From a bacterium (GTDB lineage: Bacteria > RBG-13-61-14 > DATKZS01): 64,000 nt of DNA. The first letter of the stretch is position 1; each line of letters starts with the position of its first letter. Below, piece after piece: positions 10,940-20,911 of the stretch. Below the pieces are notes generated by a model. The model was not told where the DNA came from. It ran no database searches and saw only the letters and a list, made by a program, of their open reading frames with translations. Position numbers and translations under genes: made by a program. The stretch lies in the NCBI GenBank assembly GCA_963674965.2, contig CAXXFL010000004.1, forward strand, positions 32,001-96,000, in the 5' to 3' direction.

Positions 10940-13765
10940 TCAAGAGGACCCCGGATCGCGTCCGAGGCCAAGCACCCTTTTTAGTTCCCGGGCGAAATCC
11001 GTCACGTGATAAGGCTTGGCGATGACGCCCAGGAAACCGTATTCACCGTGCCTGGCCATGACCGGGTCGTTGGAGTACCCGCTCGAGACGATAATCCTCG
11101 CCGCGGGATCGAGGCGAAGCAAATTGGCGGCGGCCTCCTTGCCGCCCATTCCTCCCGGTATGGTCAGGTCCATGATGACCGCGTCGAAGGGGCGGGACGA
11201 CTCCATGGCCCTTCTGTAAGTCTCGATCGCCTCGCTTCCCTCCCCCGTGGTTTCATACTCGTAGCCCAGGTTTTCAAGGAGGGCGCCCGCCAGCTTGCGG
11301 AGCGGGGCCTCGTCGTCCATGACCAGTATTCTCCCCTCCCCCCTCTCGACGCCGGCGAACTCGTCCGACCGAATCGGCGCCTTCTCCCTGGTGGCTGGAA
11401 GGTACACGGTCACGGCCGTTCCTTTTCCGATCTCGGACTCGATGTCGATATGGCCGTCGTGTCGCTTTACGATCGAGTAGCTGATGGCCAGTCCCAGGCC
11501 GCTTCCCTTTTGCTTGGTCGAGTAGTAGGGGTCGAATATTTTCGAGAGGTGCCTGGAGGGAATGCCCACGCCCGAGTCCTGAAAGGAAATCCTCACGTAT
11601 TCTCCCGGCTGGAGTTTCCCGCCCGGCGATGACTCGGGTGACGTGAAAACGGCGTTGCCGGCCCGGATTTGAAGTATCCCTCCCTCCGGCATGGCCTGGT
11701 CGGCGTTGATAACGATATTGTTGACCACCTGGCTGATCTGGCCGGAGTCGACCTCGGCCGGCAGCAGGTCCGCGTCGATCTCGTATTCGCACTTAACGTT
11801 AGAGCCCCGCAGGGAAAAGTCGGCCGATTCCCGGATCAGATCGGAGATGGTGGCCACCGACTTGAGAGGCGCCCCGCCACGGGCGAAGGTGAGAAGCTGC
11901 TTGGTCAAGGTCCCAGCCCTGGCGCAGGCCGCGTCCGCCTCCTCCAGGAGTTCCTCGGCGTGCTCCCCTCTTTTTATCTTTACCAGGTTGATGTTGCCCC
12001 GGATGGAAGTAAGGATGTTGTTAAAGTCGTGGGCGATGCCGCCGGCCAAAATGCCCATGGACTCGAGCTTCTGGGCCTTGAGAAGCTCCTCCTCCATCCT
12101 CTTCCTGTCGGTAACGTCCTCGTAGGTGACGAACTGCCTGCCCTCGGTTACGGTAACGGGACGGAAGATAATCTCCCTGAACTGACCGTTCTTGACGCGG
12201 ACCCGAAAAGAGCGGGGCCGGACCTGGCCGGGCCGGGAATTTTTAAGGTCCGAGGTCCAGATACCGATGACTTCCCTTCTGTATTCCTCGTCGGGATAGG
12301 CCAACTCGAACCACCGCCGTCCGCTGGGCACGTCCTCGAGCTCGTACCCGAAGACCTCGACGAACCGATTATTCACGTAGCTGTATTGTCCGTCCCTCTC
12401 GATGATCGAGATGGGGAAGGGTGAAAGGTCGGCCATGGTCCGGAATCTTTCCTCGCTCCTTTTCAACTCCTCCTCGGCAGCCTTGCGCTCATCAGTGGGA
12501 ATTACGATGGTCGAGACTCCGGTGACCTTGCCATGGGGCCCTAATATGGGGTTGTAGACCAGGTCGAAATAACGCCTCGCGCCGGCGACGTCGAGCACCG
12601 ACGTCTCGACCCGAATAAGTTCCCCCCGCATGGCGCGCCCGAAGTTCCTGATGAAATCTTTTTGAACTTCTCCTCCAAGGAGGCCCGGGAAGTAAACGCC
12701 TTCTTTGAGGACCGTCCCGAAAACGCCCAGGGCCTCGACCTCCACCGTGGAGTTGACGTCGGCTATCCTCATGTCCGGGTCAAGGAGCACGATACCCATG
12801 GCCCCGCTGTTGAAGATGGACCTCATCTTCGCCTCGGACTCGCGAAGTTCCTTGACCGCGTCGTGGCTCTCGGTCACGTCCCTGGTAATGACCTGTATCA
12901 TGCGGGGACTCTCCCCCTCCATGATCACGGAGGCCCGCGCCTCGGCTATCCGCGCGCTCCCGTCGGGCTGCTTGATCGTTAATTGGACGGGATCGACCGA
13001 CTCTCCCTTCAATAGCCTGGAGAACAAGCCGACGAAGCCCGGGATTTCCTCGGGATCGAGCCAGCCGAAGTCCAGGAAGCTTTTTCCGAACACGGCGTCG
13101 CTGGTGAATCCACTAAGGTCGATGGTGGCTTGATTGAGGTCGAGTATTTCTCCATTCAATCCGATGAGGGTGATAGAGTCGGGCGAGGCCTCGAAAAGGG
13201 CGCGGTATTTTTCCTCGCTCCTTTTTATCCGGGACTCGTAGCGTTTTCTTTCCGAGACGTCGCGGACGAGGGCCCACATGCCGATGGGTTTTCCCTGGGC
13301 GTCGGTCCGAAGATAGGCCCGGAGCTCGATGGGAATTGTCCGTCCGTCCGCGGTGAGGTACTCTTTTTCGTAGGCCTCCGAGTACCCCCGGGCCATGACC
13401 TGATTCCGAATGATTTCCCTTTCCGATTCATGCCACTTTCGCGGAGTAAAATCCTCGAAGTTCATGCCCGGGAGCTCGGACGAAGGGTATCCCACCATCT
13501 CCTGAAAAGCCTCGTTGAACTCGAGAATTTCCCCGCCCAGCGATACCTCGACCACTCCGTCCTTGAGGCCGCTCATAAGTTCCCGGTATTTCCTGGACGA
13601 GAGAGGACCCGAATCGGCTTCCGACGCCGCGCTCCTCGAGCCGTTCTCGGAGCGGGAGGCTCGAGCCTCGGCTTTCTCCAGGCGGTCCTTGAGTTCCAGG
13701 ACAAGCTCTCTTAGTCTTGCCGGCTCGAATTTGGATTCATCCTCGATGTCGCGCCGTTCCACCAT
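10940..13765 (-). CDS. Cytoplasmic multi-PAS hybrid histidine kinase
   Basis: Four PAS repeats; AGGIAHDFNNIL; GSGLGL; C-terminal REC (VMDDE, MDLTIPGG). Confidence 0.93.
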   Translation of the reverse strand: MVERRDIEDESKFEPARLRELVLELKDRLEKAEARASRSENGSRSAASEADSGPLSSRKYRELMSGLKDGVVEVSLGGEILEFNEAFQEMVGYPSSELPGMNFEDFTPRKWHESEREIIRNQVMARGYSEAYEKEYLTADGRTIPIELRAYLRTDAQGKPIGMWALVRDVSERKRYESRIKRSEEKYRALFEASPDSITLIGLNGEILDLNQATIDLSGFTSDAVFGKSFLDFGWLDPEEIPGFVGLFSRLLKGESVDPVQLTIKQPDGSARIAEARASVIMEGESPRMIQVITRDVTESHDAVKELRESEAKMRSIFNSGAMGIVLLDPDMRIADVNSTVEVEALGVFGTVLKEGVYFPGLLGGEVQKDFIRNFGRAMRGELIRVETSVLDVAGARRYFDLVYNPILGPHGKVTGVSTIVIPTDERKAAEEELKRSEERFRTMADLSPFPISIIERDGQYSYVNNRFVEVFGYELEDVPSGRRWFELAYPDEEYRREVIGIWTSDLKNSRPGQVRPRSFRVRVKNGQFREIIFRPVTVTEGRQFVTYEDVTDRKRMEEELLKAQKLESMGILAGGIAHDFNNILTSIRGNINLVKIKRGEHAEELLEEADAACARAGTLTKQLLTFARGGAPLKSVATISDLIRESADFSLRGSNVKCEYEIDADLLPAEVDSGQISQVVNNIVINADQAMPEGGILQIRAGNAVFTSPESSPGGKLQPGEYVRISFQDSGVGIPSRHLSKIFDPYYSTKQKGSGLGLAISYSIVKRHDGHIDIESEIGKGTAVTVYLPATREKAPIRSDEFAGVERGEGRILVMDDEAPLRKLAGALLENLGYEYETTGEGSEAIETYRRAMESSRPFDAVIMDLTIPGGMGGKEAAANLLRLDPAARIIVSSGYSNDPVMARHGEYGFLGVIAKPYHVTDFARELKRVLGLGRDPGSS

Positions 13766-14012
13766 CGCGTCACAATCATAGTCAAAAGCGGGGGATAACG
13801 TGATTGGGCCTCACCGCTAAATGGATCGATCTCCCATCCTGGGCGGGGGATCGAGTTTGGGGCCGCTTTGAAGGACGGCATGGGCCGGAAAAACTCCTTG
13901 GCCGCCGCGGCCAAAGCGGACGCACAATAAAGCCTAAGATAGCACGATACCGGCGTGACGCAATGAAAAGGTAGCTTATTTTCGGGTATTTTTTTCGCCG
14001 GCCTTTTCGAGA

Positions 14013-14666
14013 TCAGAACATGTTCTTCAGGCGCTCGATTTCCTCGCGGTCCGCGTCGGTTCCGGAGTCTTGTCTCTCGACGCTCCTGAAGATTTCCTCG
14101 CGGGAGGAGAAAACGTTTTGCAGGTGCAGCCTGGTGGTGACCATGCGCTTGGCGTTAATGAAAAGGAAGCCCTCCAGTATCTTGGACATGAGCCTGACCT
14201 GGAGCTTCAAGTCTTCCGCGACAATGGCGGGTATTCGCTCGATTTGTCTCGCGGTCACGGGTTTTATCATCTTGGCGACAAGCGAGCTTTTAATGGCCTC
14301 GACGTCGTCCTCGGGACTCCGGAAGGGGCCGACGATCACTCTTCCCATTATCTCCAGTTGATGGATCATGGGAAAGATGGCGTAGCGCATGCCGCAGGCG
14401 GTCTTGCTTTGAAGCACCTGGCCCGCGTCCAGGGGGGCCTTGGCCATTTTTTTTCTCGCTTCCTCGCAGGTGGATTTCATGGGGTCGTTCTGGACCATGC
14501 GGCAGAAGTCGTTTTTAGCCGGCGTCTCGAGCATTTCCTGTCCCTCAAGGCTGACGACGCGGACCCCGTATCCGAAGCACTGTGTCAGTGCCTGGCAGAC
14601 CTCCTTGAGGGTCGGCGGGTCAAGGAGGTCTACGAGGTTATATCTTTCATCGAGGACGGATTCCAT
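14013..14666 (-). CDS. Stand-alone PocR ligand-binding domain protein
   Basis: LVDLLDPPTLKEVCQAL...NDFCRMV...C...TACGMRYAIFPMIHQLEIMGRVIVGPF fits the PocR pattern; no output domain. Confidence 0.7.
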   Translation of the reverse strand: MESVLDERYNLVDLLDPPTLKEVCQALTQCFGYGVRVVSLEGQEMLETPAKNDFCRMVQNDPMKSTCEEARKKMAKAPLDAGQVLQSKTACGMRYAIFPMIHQLEIMGRVIVGPFRSPEDDVEAIKSSLVAKMIKPVTARQIERIPAIVAEDLKLQVRLMSKILEGFLFINAKRMVTTRLHLQNVFSSREEIFRSVERQDSGTDADREEIERLKNMF

Positions 14667-14668
14667 TC

Positions 14669-15376
14669 CTACATCCGAAAGTTGCCGGGAGTGACCATCG
14701 CCTTGTCCATGGAGACGTTGTCCTTTATTTTATCGGTCATGATGGACTCGATAAAATCGTTGACCTGGAAACCGAATTTCTTGTCGAAGTTGTATCTCTT
14801 GTTAAGGCTTTCAAAGGCCATGCGAATCAGGCACTCGAAGGTCTCGAACACTCCCTGGTGAATGGTGGCAACGCTGATAAAGGTGGGGAACCTGCTTTGT
14901 CCCCAGTCCTGCTTGATTTCCTCGACGGGCTTTATGTTGTCCAGGTCGCGCTTGTTGAACTGGATGACCACGGGAATGCTCTCGAAGTCGATCCCGTTCA
15001 GTTTAAGGTTCTCCTTTAAGTTCTTGAAGCTGATCGAGTTCGAGAGGGCCTGCGATTTCTGCGAGTCGGCCACGAACGCCACCGCGTCCGCGCCGGCCAG
15101 GACCGCCTTCCTCGTCGAGTTGTGGATGACCTGGCCGGGAACGGTGTACAACTTGAGCTTTACCGCCAGGCCCGAGGGGGTTTTGTACTGCAGAGGCAAA
15201 AGATCGAAGAAAAGGGTCCGGTCGTTTTGCGTCTCCAGACTCATCAGCCTTCCCCGGTGGTCGGGGTTGAATATCGTGTGTAAGGATTGCAGGTTGGTAG
15301 TCTTGCCGGACAGGGCCGGTCCATAATATACTACCTTGACCGATACCTCCTTATACTCCAGGTTCATCTGAACCAC
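14669..15376 (-). CDS. mglA: MglA-family small GTPase
   Basis: KVVYYGPALSGKTTNL, DRTLFFDLLP, LYTVPGQ, NKRDL; GTG start at 15376 after AAGGAGG. Confidence 0.9.
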   Translation of the reverse strand: MVQMNLEYKEVSVKVVYYGPALSGKTTNLQSLHTIFNPDHRGRLMSLETQNDRTLFFDLLPLQYKTPSGLAVKLKLYTVPGQVIHNSTRKAVLAGADAVAFVADSQKSQALSNSISFKNLKENLKLNGIDFESIPVVIQFNKRDLDNIKPVEEIKQDWGQSRFPTFISVATIHQGVFETFECLIRMAFESLNKRYNFDKKFGFQVNDFIESIMTDKIKDNVSMDKAMVTPGNFRM

Positions 15377-15604
15377 TACTCGACCCTCCTTAATGATCGA
15401 CCGCAAAGCGCTCGTCGATATCTTTATCCCGCGCGAGAAAAAGCGCCGGATAAATTGTTATTCTAGCACATACGAAAGCCCGGCGGCAACACCGCGAAAG
15501 ATTATTCCAAATTGACGCCCAAGCCCCCGAGCGATCCGACTATAACACCAAGCGCGGGCCAAGATCAATTCACCCGGAGTATTGAAACCGCGGGAATAAA
15601 AGCG

Positions 15605-16288
15605 TCACCCGCGGGAAATTTCCTTGAATTCCCTGACGGGCCAGGACCGCTTCCTGGCCTCCATTCTCAACAACCGGTCCGGGTTTACCACCATGGGAAC
15701 GCCGAACCTCTCGAGTACCTGGAGGTCGGTGATGCTGTCGGAGTAATAAAGGGACCTCGAGAGGTCGAGGCCGTGTTTGTCGGCGAATATCTCGGCGCAG
15801 GTTATTTTCCCTTCCCCAAAGCAGATGGGCCTGAGGAGCTTGCCGGTAAAATATCCCCTGTCGTCCACCTCGGGGGCGTTGCATACCCAGTGATCCACCC
15901 CCAGGTGACGGGCCAGGGGGCGGACAAGATATATGGAGGCCGCGGATAAAAGGACCACCACGTCGCCCTTGGCTTTATGCTCGTTAATAAGCTCAGCGGC
16001 CTCGGGATAAACGTGAGGCTTCACGTCCACCTCGAACCAGTCGTCGCAAAGCTCGATCATCTCCGACTCGGGCTCGCCCTTGTACTTGAGCGTCTCCTTG
16101 TCGGCCAGGGCCTCGAAGTCAAGCAGGTTAAGCTTGTACTTCACCAGGTAATAGGTGGTCATGAGCAGGGACCAGTAGCCCAGCTTTCCGTCCCTCATCT
16201 GGCGGCGGACGAAAAGCGAGACCGAGTTGTCGTCGAGTATGGTATAGTCCACGTCGAAGAAGGCCCCACGCTTTTTCGGCTCTTCCAC
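15605..16288 (-). CDS. HAD-IB family hydrolase (SerB-like)
   Basis: FFDVDYT motif I; LLSAA; GEGK; YSDSITDL; VNPD. Confidence 0.88.
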   Translation of the reverse strand: MEEPKKRGAFFDVDYTILDDNSVSLFVRRQMRDGKLGYWSLLMTTYYLVKYKLNLLDFEALADKETLKYKGEPESEMIELCDDWFEVDVKPHVYPEAAELINEHKAKGDVVVLLSAASIYLVRPLARHLGVDHWVCNAPEVDDRGYFTGKLLRPICFGEGKITCAEIFADKHGLDLSRSLYYSDSITDLQVLERFGVPMVVNPDRLLRMEARKRSWPVREFKEISRG

Positions 16289-16310
16289 TTTTACCCCCGT
16301 CCCCTAAATC

Positions 16311-17525
16311 TCAGATGACGCCCTTTTCGGCCAGCGCCTCGATTTCCTCGTCCGAAAGACCAAGAAGTTTCCCATACACCTCCCGGTTATGCTCGCCGAC
16401 TTTGGGTCCCCGCGAGGAAATTTCCCCGGGCGTGTCCGAAAGCTTGATCGGTATCCCGGGAACGGGTATGGGATTGCCCCGGTCGTCGGGTATGGACGCC
16501 AGCATTCCCCGCTGCCTCAGGTTTTCGTCCACGTTAACCTCGTCCACGCTCAGGACCCGGCCGCAGGGGATTTTGCACTTGTCCAGTTCCCTCTCGATCT
16601 CCTCCGAGGTCTTTCCCTCCATCCAGTCCCTCACCGCCTCCTTGATGGCGTCGCGGTGCTTGACGCGGGTGATGAGGTTGGCGAACCGCTCGTCATCCTT
16701 CAATTCGGGTTTTCCTATAAGGTCGCACATGTCGGCCCATTGCCTGTCGGTCAGGAACACGACCGCCACGTGTCCGTCCTTTGTCCGGTAAGGTTTCCAG
16801 AAAGGAAGGCCCTCCTCGCCGCCGAAAAGCTCCTCGAAGCCGCCGCCAAGGGCGGCTGACACCTTTTCTATGTCCTCGTGCATGCGCCTTTGAAAGGCCC
16901 GATAGTTATGGAAGTACATCACGTCCTGCATGCTGACGTCCACCAGTTGCCCCTTGCCGGTGGCGTCCCTGCTCCTCAGCGCGGCCATTATGCCCATGGC
17001 CGCGTAGGCGCCGGAAACGAGGTCACCGAAAAATACCCCCGGGCTGCGTTCCCTCGTCCTTTGAGCGTCCATTATTCCGCCCGTGGCCTGCGCGATGATA
17101 TCAAAGGCCACCCGGTCGGAGTGAACGGCGTTTTTCCCGAACCCCGAGATCGAGCAGTACACCAGACCCGGGTTGATCTCCCTCAGGTCCTCGTATGAAA
17201 GCCCGCATTTCTCCATCGCGCCGGGGGCCAGGTTCTCGATCAGAACGTCGAAATCCCGGATCATTTTTTTGACCATGTCCCTGCCCTCGGGCGTCCTGAT
17301 ATTCAGGGTGATGCCTTTTTTATTGCGATGCCAGTGTGACATGGACTCGGCCTGGCCCGGCACCAGCATGACCCAGAGCCGCATGGTCTCGCCTCCGGGC
17401 GGCTCAACCTTTACCACTTCGGCCCCGAAGTCGGCCAGTATCTGGGAGGCCCGAGGTCCGCTTAAGAACATAGAAAAATCAAGTACTTTAACACCAGAAA
17501 AAGGCGAGGATACTTCTTTCGCCAT
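16311..17525 (-). CDS. Family III CoA transferase (CaiB/BaiF)
   Basis: GVKVLDFS, LADFGAEVVKVEPPGGE, RNKKGITLN, GDLVSG, GKGQLVDVSM. Confidence 0.93.
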   Translation of the reverse strand: MAKEVSSPFSGVKVLDFSMFLSGPRASQILADFGAEVVKVEPPGGETMRLWVMLVPGQAESMSHWHRNKKGITLNIRTPEGRDMVKKMIRDFDVLIENLAPGAMEKCGLSYEDLREINPGLVYCSISGFGKNAVHSDRVAFDIIAQATGGIMDAQRTRERSPGVFFGDLVSGAYAAMGIMAALRSRDATGKGQLVDVSMQDVMYFHNYRAFQRRMHEDIEKVSAALGGGFEELFGGEEGLPFWKPYRTKDGHVAVVFLTDRQWADMCDLIGKPELKDDERFANLITRVKHRDAIKEAVRDWMEGKTSEEIERELDKCKIPCGRVLSVDEVNVDENLRQRGMLASIPDDRGNPIPVPGIPIKLSDTPGEISSRGPKVGEHNREVYGKLLGLSDEEIEALAEKGVI

Positions 17526-17804
17526 TTTATAGAACTCCTTTTCTTCCTTATAATATCATACATATTTTTTAACATCCGGTAAGGAAACAGTCAAATCAAG
17601 CGGCCAAAAACCATCGGGAAAAGGTAAATCGAAATAGGGCAAAATTCCCGGGGCGCCTCCTCGGCGGCCCTCCCGATTCGATTAATCCGGAATCCATGTT
17701 AGGATATTTCTTGTCACCCCGGTCGGGATCGCGACCTTAATACTTCGCTTCCGGCGTTTATTAAGTCGCGCGCCCTAACGTTATTTATATGAAAGGTTTG
17801 GCAC

Positions 17805-18842
17805 ATGGCTCATCGCGATAGAATCGGCCTGGCGCTGGGAGGAGGCGCGGCCCGGGGAATATCGCATATAGGCGTGCTTTCGGTGCTGGAGCAAAAGGGC
17901 GTCAAAATCGACGTTGTCGCGGGCACGAGCATGGGCGCCATCGTGGGCGCGCTATATCTTCTGGAGGGAAGCGCGGAGAAGCTGATCGACCGCATGTACG
18001 CGCTTTTCCAGAGCGCGGCCTTCTCTGAGGCGAACTTCGACCAACTCCGGGAGCGCCGGGCGGAGGAGGACCTGACCTGGATCGGGTCGATGACCGGCCT
18101 GATCAGGCGCGGCTACAAATACTCTCTTTCCGTGACCCGCCAGTCCATCATCAAACACGAGACGTTCAAGGCCATCATCGAGGAGATGGTCCCGGACATA
18201 TCGATCGAGGACCTGCCCAGACCCTTCGCCGCCGTCAGCCTGGACGTGGTGGCGGGGGAGGAGATCGTCTGGACCAAGGGTTCCTTGCGGGACGCGCTTT
18301 GGGCCTCCTCGGCCATCCCGGGTTTCTTCCCACCCCTCGAGATCGACGGCATGATCCTGGTGGACGGGGCCTGGACCAACGCCGTGCCGGTCAAGCCCGC
18401 CCTGGACCTTGGCGCGGACAAGGTGATCGCCGTGGATATCTCCCGCGAGGTGGAGGAACTGGTAAAGTTCAAGCGTGGCATAAGCCTTATTCTCCGCTCC
18501 GCCATCATCGCCTCGAAGCGGCTGCGCGAGGTGCAGATTCAGAACGCGGACCTGGTCATACGTCCCGACGTGGGCGACGTCCACTGGGCCGACTTTTCCA
18601 ATCCCGAGAGAATAATGCAGAAGGGCAAAGACGCGGCCTACGTATCGCTTGACTTTATCAGTGAAATCGTCCGGCCGCCCTCGCGCGTGGAGGACATAGT
18701 CAGAGGGTTTGGAGAAGGGCTTCGCAAGAAAGTAGAGACCGGCTTGACCAAGGCCCTGACCCGTCCAGCTTCTCCCGCCAAAGGGCCGGAAAAATCACAG
18801 AAAAAACCAAGCCTCCTTGACAGCGAAACCGTGGGGGATTAA
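17805..18842 (+). CDS. Patatin-like phospholipase
   Basis: GGGAARG, GTSMG nucleophile elbow, DGA motif. Confidence 0.92.
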   Translation: MAHRDRIGLALGGGAARGISHIGVLSVLEQKGVKIDVVAGTSMGAIVGALYLLEGSAEKLIDRMYALFQSAAFSEANFDQLRERRAEEDLTWIGSMTGLIRRGYKYSLSVTRQSIIKHETFKAIIEEMVPDISIEDLPRPFAAVSLDVVAGEEIVWTKGSLRDALWASSAIPGFFPPLEIDGMILVDGAWTNAVPVKPALDLGADKVIAVDISREVEELVKFKRGISLILRSAIIASKRLREVQIQNADLVIRPDVGDVHWADFSNPERIMQKGKDAAYVSLDFISEIVRPPSRVEDIVRGFGEGLRKKVETGLTKALTRPASPAKGPEKSQKKPSLLDSETVGD

Positions 18843-18845
18843 AAT
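18817..18845 (+). promoter_or_regulatory. sigma70-type promoter of romX-rluD-pgeF
   Basis: TTGACA-17 nt-TAAAAT, overlapping the patatin stop codon. Confidence 0.7.
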
Positions 18846-18904
18846 GTACGCGTTAGGGAGCTTAACCGGCTGAAATTAAACGAGGGTTGACACGGAGGTT
18901 AATT

Positions 18905-19174
18905 ATGTCGGGGTTGATTACCGATCCTCAAAGAGCGCGCCGACTTGCAAGGGCCATAGTATCGGACGTGCATCTTTATAATCCGGACAAGATCAAGGAA
19001 GGAATCGAAAACGACAACCTCTTCGAGGCCATCGAGGAAGAACTCGAGGAAGGGAGGGAATTGTACCGCTCCCGCGTCTCTCCCGAGATATTCGAGAACC
19101 ACAATTTTTACGACCTGGCCATCGTGGACGTGCTTTTCAAGTACACGAAAAAATATCAATCCAAAATATGGTAG
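18905..19174 (+). CDS. romX: RomX-like polarity protein (MglA GEF complex subunit)
   Basis: 89 aa, ARRLARAIVSDVHLYN...GIENDNLF...EGRELYRSRV...SKIW; matches my recollection of myxobacterial RomX and its position beside rluD; GGAGG RBS. Confidence 0.7.
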   Translation: MSGLITDPQRARRLARAIVSDVHLYNPDKIKEGIENDNLFEAIEEELEEGRELYRSRVSPEIFENHNFYDLAIVDVLFKYTKKYQSKIW

Positions 19175-19180
19175 CCTCAA

Positions 19181-20170
19181 TTGGCCGAAATAACGGTAGA
19201 CTCCAAGGATACTCCCTCTCCAATCAGAATCGATAAATACCTCACCGGGCGGCGGGACGGCCCATCCCGGTCACGCGTGAAAAAACTGCTAGAGCAAGGT
19301 GAAGTGCTCCTTAACGGCGAGCCGGCCAAGCCCAGCGCCAAGGTACGGGGGGGGGACACCATCGTCTTCAACCTGCCGCCTCCTTCCCGTACCGAGCTGG
19401 CGCCCGAGCAAATAGACCTGACCGTAATCCATGAGGACCGGGATATCATCGTGTTCGACAAACCGGCCGGACTGATGACCCATCCCACTTCCTCGACCAC
19501 CACCGGCACGCTGGTAAACGCCCTCCTCCATCACTGCGGGGACCTCTCCGGTATCGGCGGGGAAATCAAGCCCGGCATAGTCCATCGCCTGGACAAGCTG
19601 ACCTCCGGGGTCATGGTGGCCGCGAAAAACGACAAGGCCCACGCCGGCCTGGCCGCGCAGTTTAAGAAACACTCGATCGAGCGCAAATATCTGGCCATAG
19701 CCTACGGCGAGACCCGCGACCTTACCGGGACCATCGAGAGCCTGATCGCTCGCGACCCGAGAAAGAGGACCCAGATGACCACTCGCGTCACCCGGGGCAG
19801 GAGGGCCGTGACCCGTTACCGGACGCTGTCCAGGTCCATGGGGTTCAGCCTGATCGAGCTGACGCTCGAGACGGGCAGGACCCATCAAATCCGCGTCCAT
19901 TTATCCGAGATGAACCACCCCGTGGCGGGAGACCCCGTATACGGCGGGGGCAGGACCCCGCCGGGCAAGCTCGATCAAAGCGCTCGGGCCGCCGTGCTCG
20001 GGCTCAAGCGGCAGGCCCTTCACGCTTATCATCTTGGTTTTATCCACCCCGTCTCGGGGGAGGAAATGGCTTTTCGGTCGCCGCTGCCGCCGGACATGGA
20101 GACCGCCGCCTCAGCCCTGAACCTCCTGGAGGGGATCGACCTGCCCAGGCGGCCGGCCCGAATAAAATGA
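19181..20170 (+). CDS. rluD: 23S rRNA pseudouridine synthase RluD
   Basis: S4 domain; GIVHRLDKLTSG; LETGRTHQIRVH; RQALHA. Confidence 0.93.
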   Translation: MAEITVDSKDTPSPIRIDKYLTGRRDGPSRSRVKKLLEQGEVLLNGEPAKPSAKVRGGDTIVFNLPPPSRTELAPEQIDLTVIHEDRDIIVFDKPAGLMTHPTSSTTTGTLVNALLHHCGDLSGIGGEIKPGIVHRLDKLTSGVMVAAKNDKAHAGLAAQFKKHSIERKYLAIAYGETRDLTGTIESLIARDPRKRTQMTTRVTRGRRAVTRYRTLSRSMGFSLIELTLETGRTHQIRVHLSEMNHPVAGDPVYGGGRTPPGKLDQSARAAVLGLKRQALHAYHLGFIHPVSGEEMAFRSPLPPDMETAASALNLLEGIDLPRRPARIK

Positions 20171-20904
20171 GCATTATTAATATAAATGGAAGGCGTTTCA
20201 TACGGCTCGACGCGCTCGAGACGCGCGGCATAACGCACGGCTTCGGGACCCTGGACCTGGGGGAGGACAAGGAAACGGCCGAGGCGGCCATTGTCTCGAT
20301 CTTGCCGGGCGCGCTTGCGGTGGCCTCGGTAAAGCAGGTCCATGGCGTCAACGCGGTGGTGGTGATTAACGCCCAGGAGGCGGAGGCGGCCAAGGAAGTC
20401 CAGGCTGACGTCGTCATCGCCGCGGGCAAAGGCGTGGCCGCGACGGTGCGCACGGCCGACTGCGTCCCGATCCTGATCGCCGACCCCGAGCGGCGGGTGG
20501 TCGCGGCCGTTCACGCGGGCTGGAAGGGAACGGTCCTGGGAGCGGCCGCCGAGGCCGTGAAGATAATGGTCCGGGACCGCGGCTGCAGGGCGGGTGACAT
20601 GGCCGCGGGCATAGGCCCCTGCATAGGCCCGGAAAGATACCAGGTGGACGGACCGGTTATAAGCGGGATAATGGAGGCCATGGGAAGCGCGAGTGATCGG
20701 GTACTACTGCCGGACCCCGAGCCGGGCAAGGCCAGGCTCGACCTTTCCCTCGCCAACCGTATCGTCCTCGAGCGAGCGGGATTGGAGCCATCCCGCGTTC
20801 AGGAGACGCGTCTTTGTACCTTCGACAACCCGGACCTCTTCTTTTCCTACCGCAGGCAGGGCGAGGGCGTGCCCTCCCTCCATCACTTCATCGCCCTGGT
20901 CTAG
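20167..20904 (+). CDS. pgeF: PgeF/YfiH laccase-domain protein
   Basis: QVHG, TADCVPIL, AVHAGWKG, IGPCI, FFSYRR; follows rluD with ATGA overlap. Confidence 0.92.
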   Translation: MSIININGRRFIRLDALETRGITHGFGTLDLGEDKETAEAAIVSILPGALAVASVKQVHGVNAVVVINAQEAEAAKEVQADVVIAAGKGVAATVRTADCVPILIADPERRVVAAVHAGWKGTVLGAAAEAVKIMVRDRGCRAGDMAAGIGPCIGPERYQVDGPVISGIMEAMGSASDRVLLPDPEPGKARLDLSLANRIVLERAGLEPSRVQETRLCTFDNPDLFFSYRRQGEGVPSLHHFIALV

Positions 20905-20911
20905 GGTCCGC

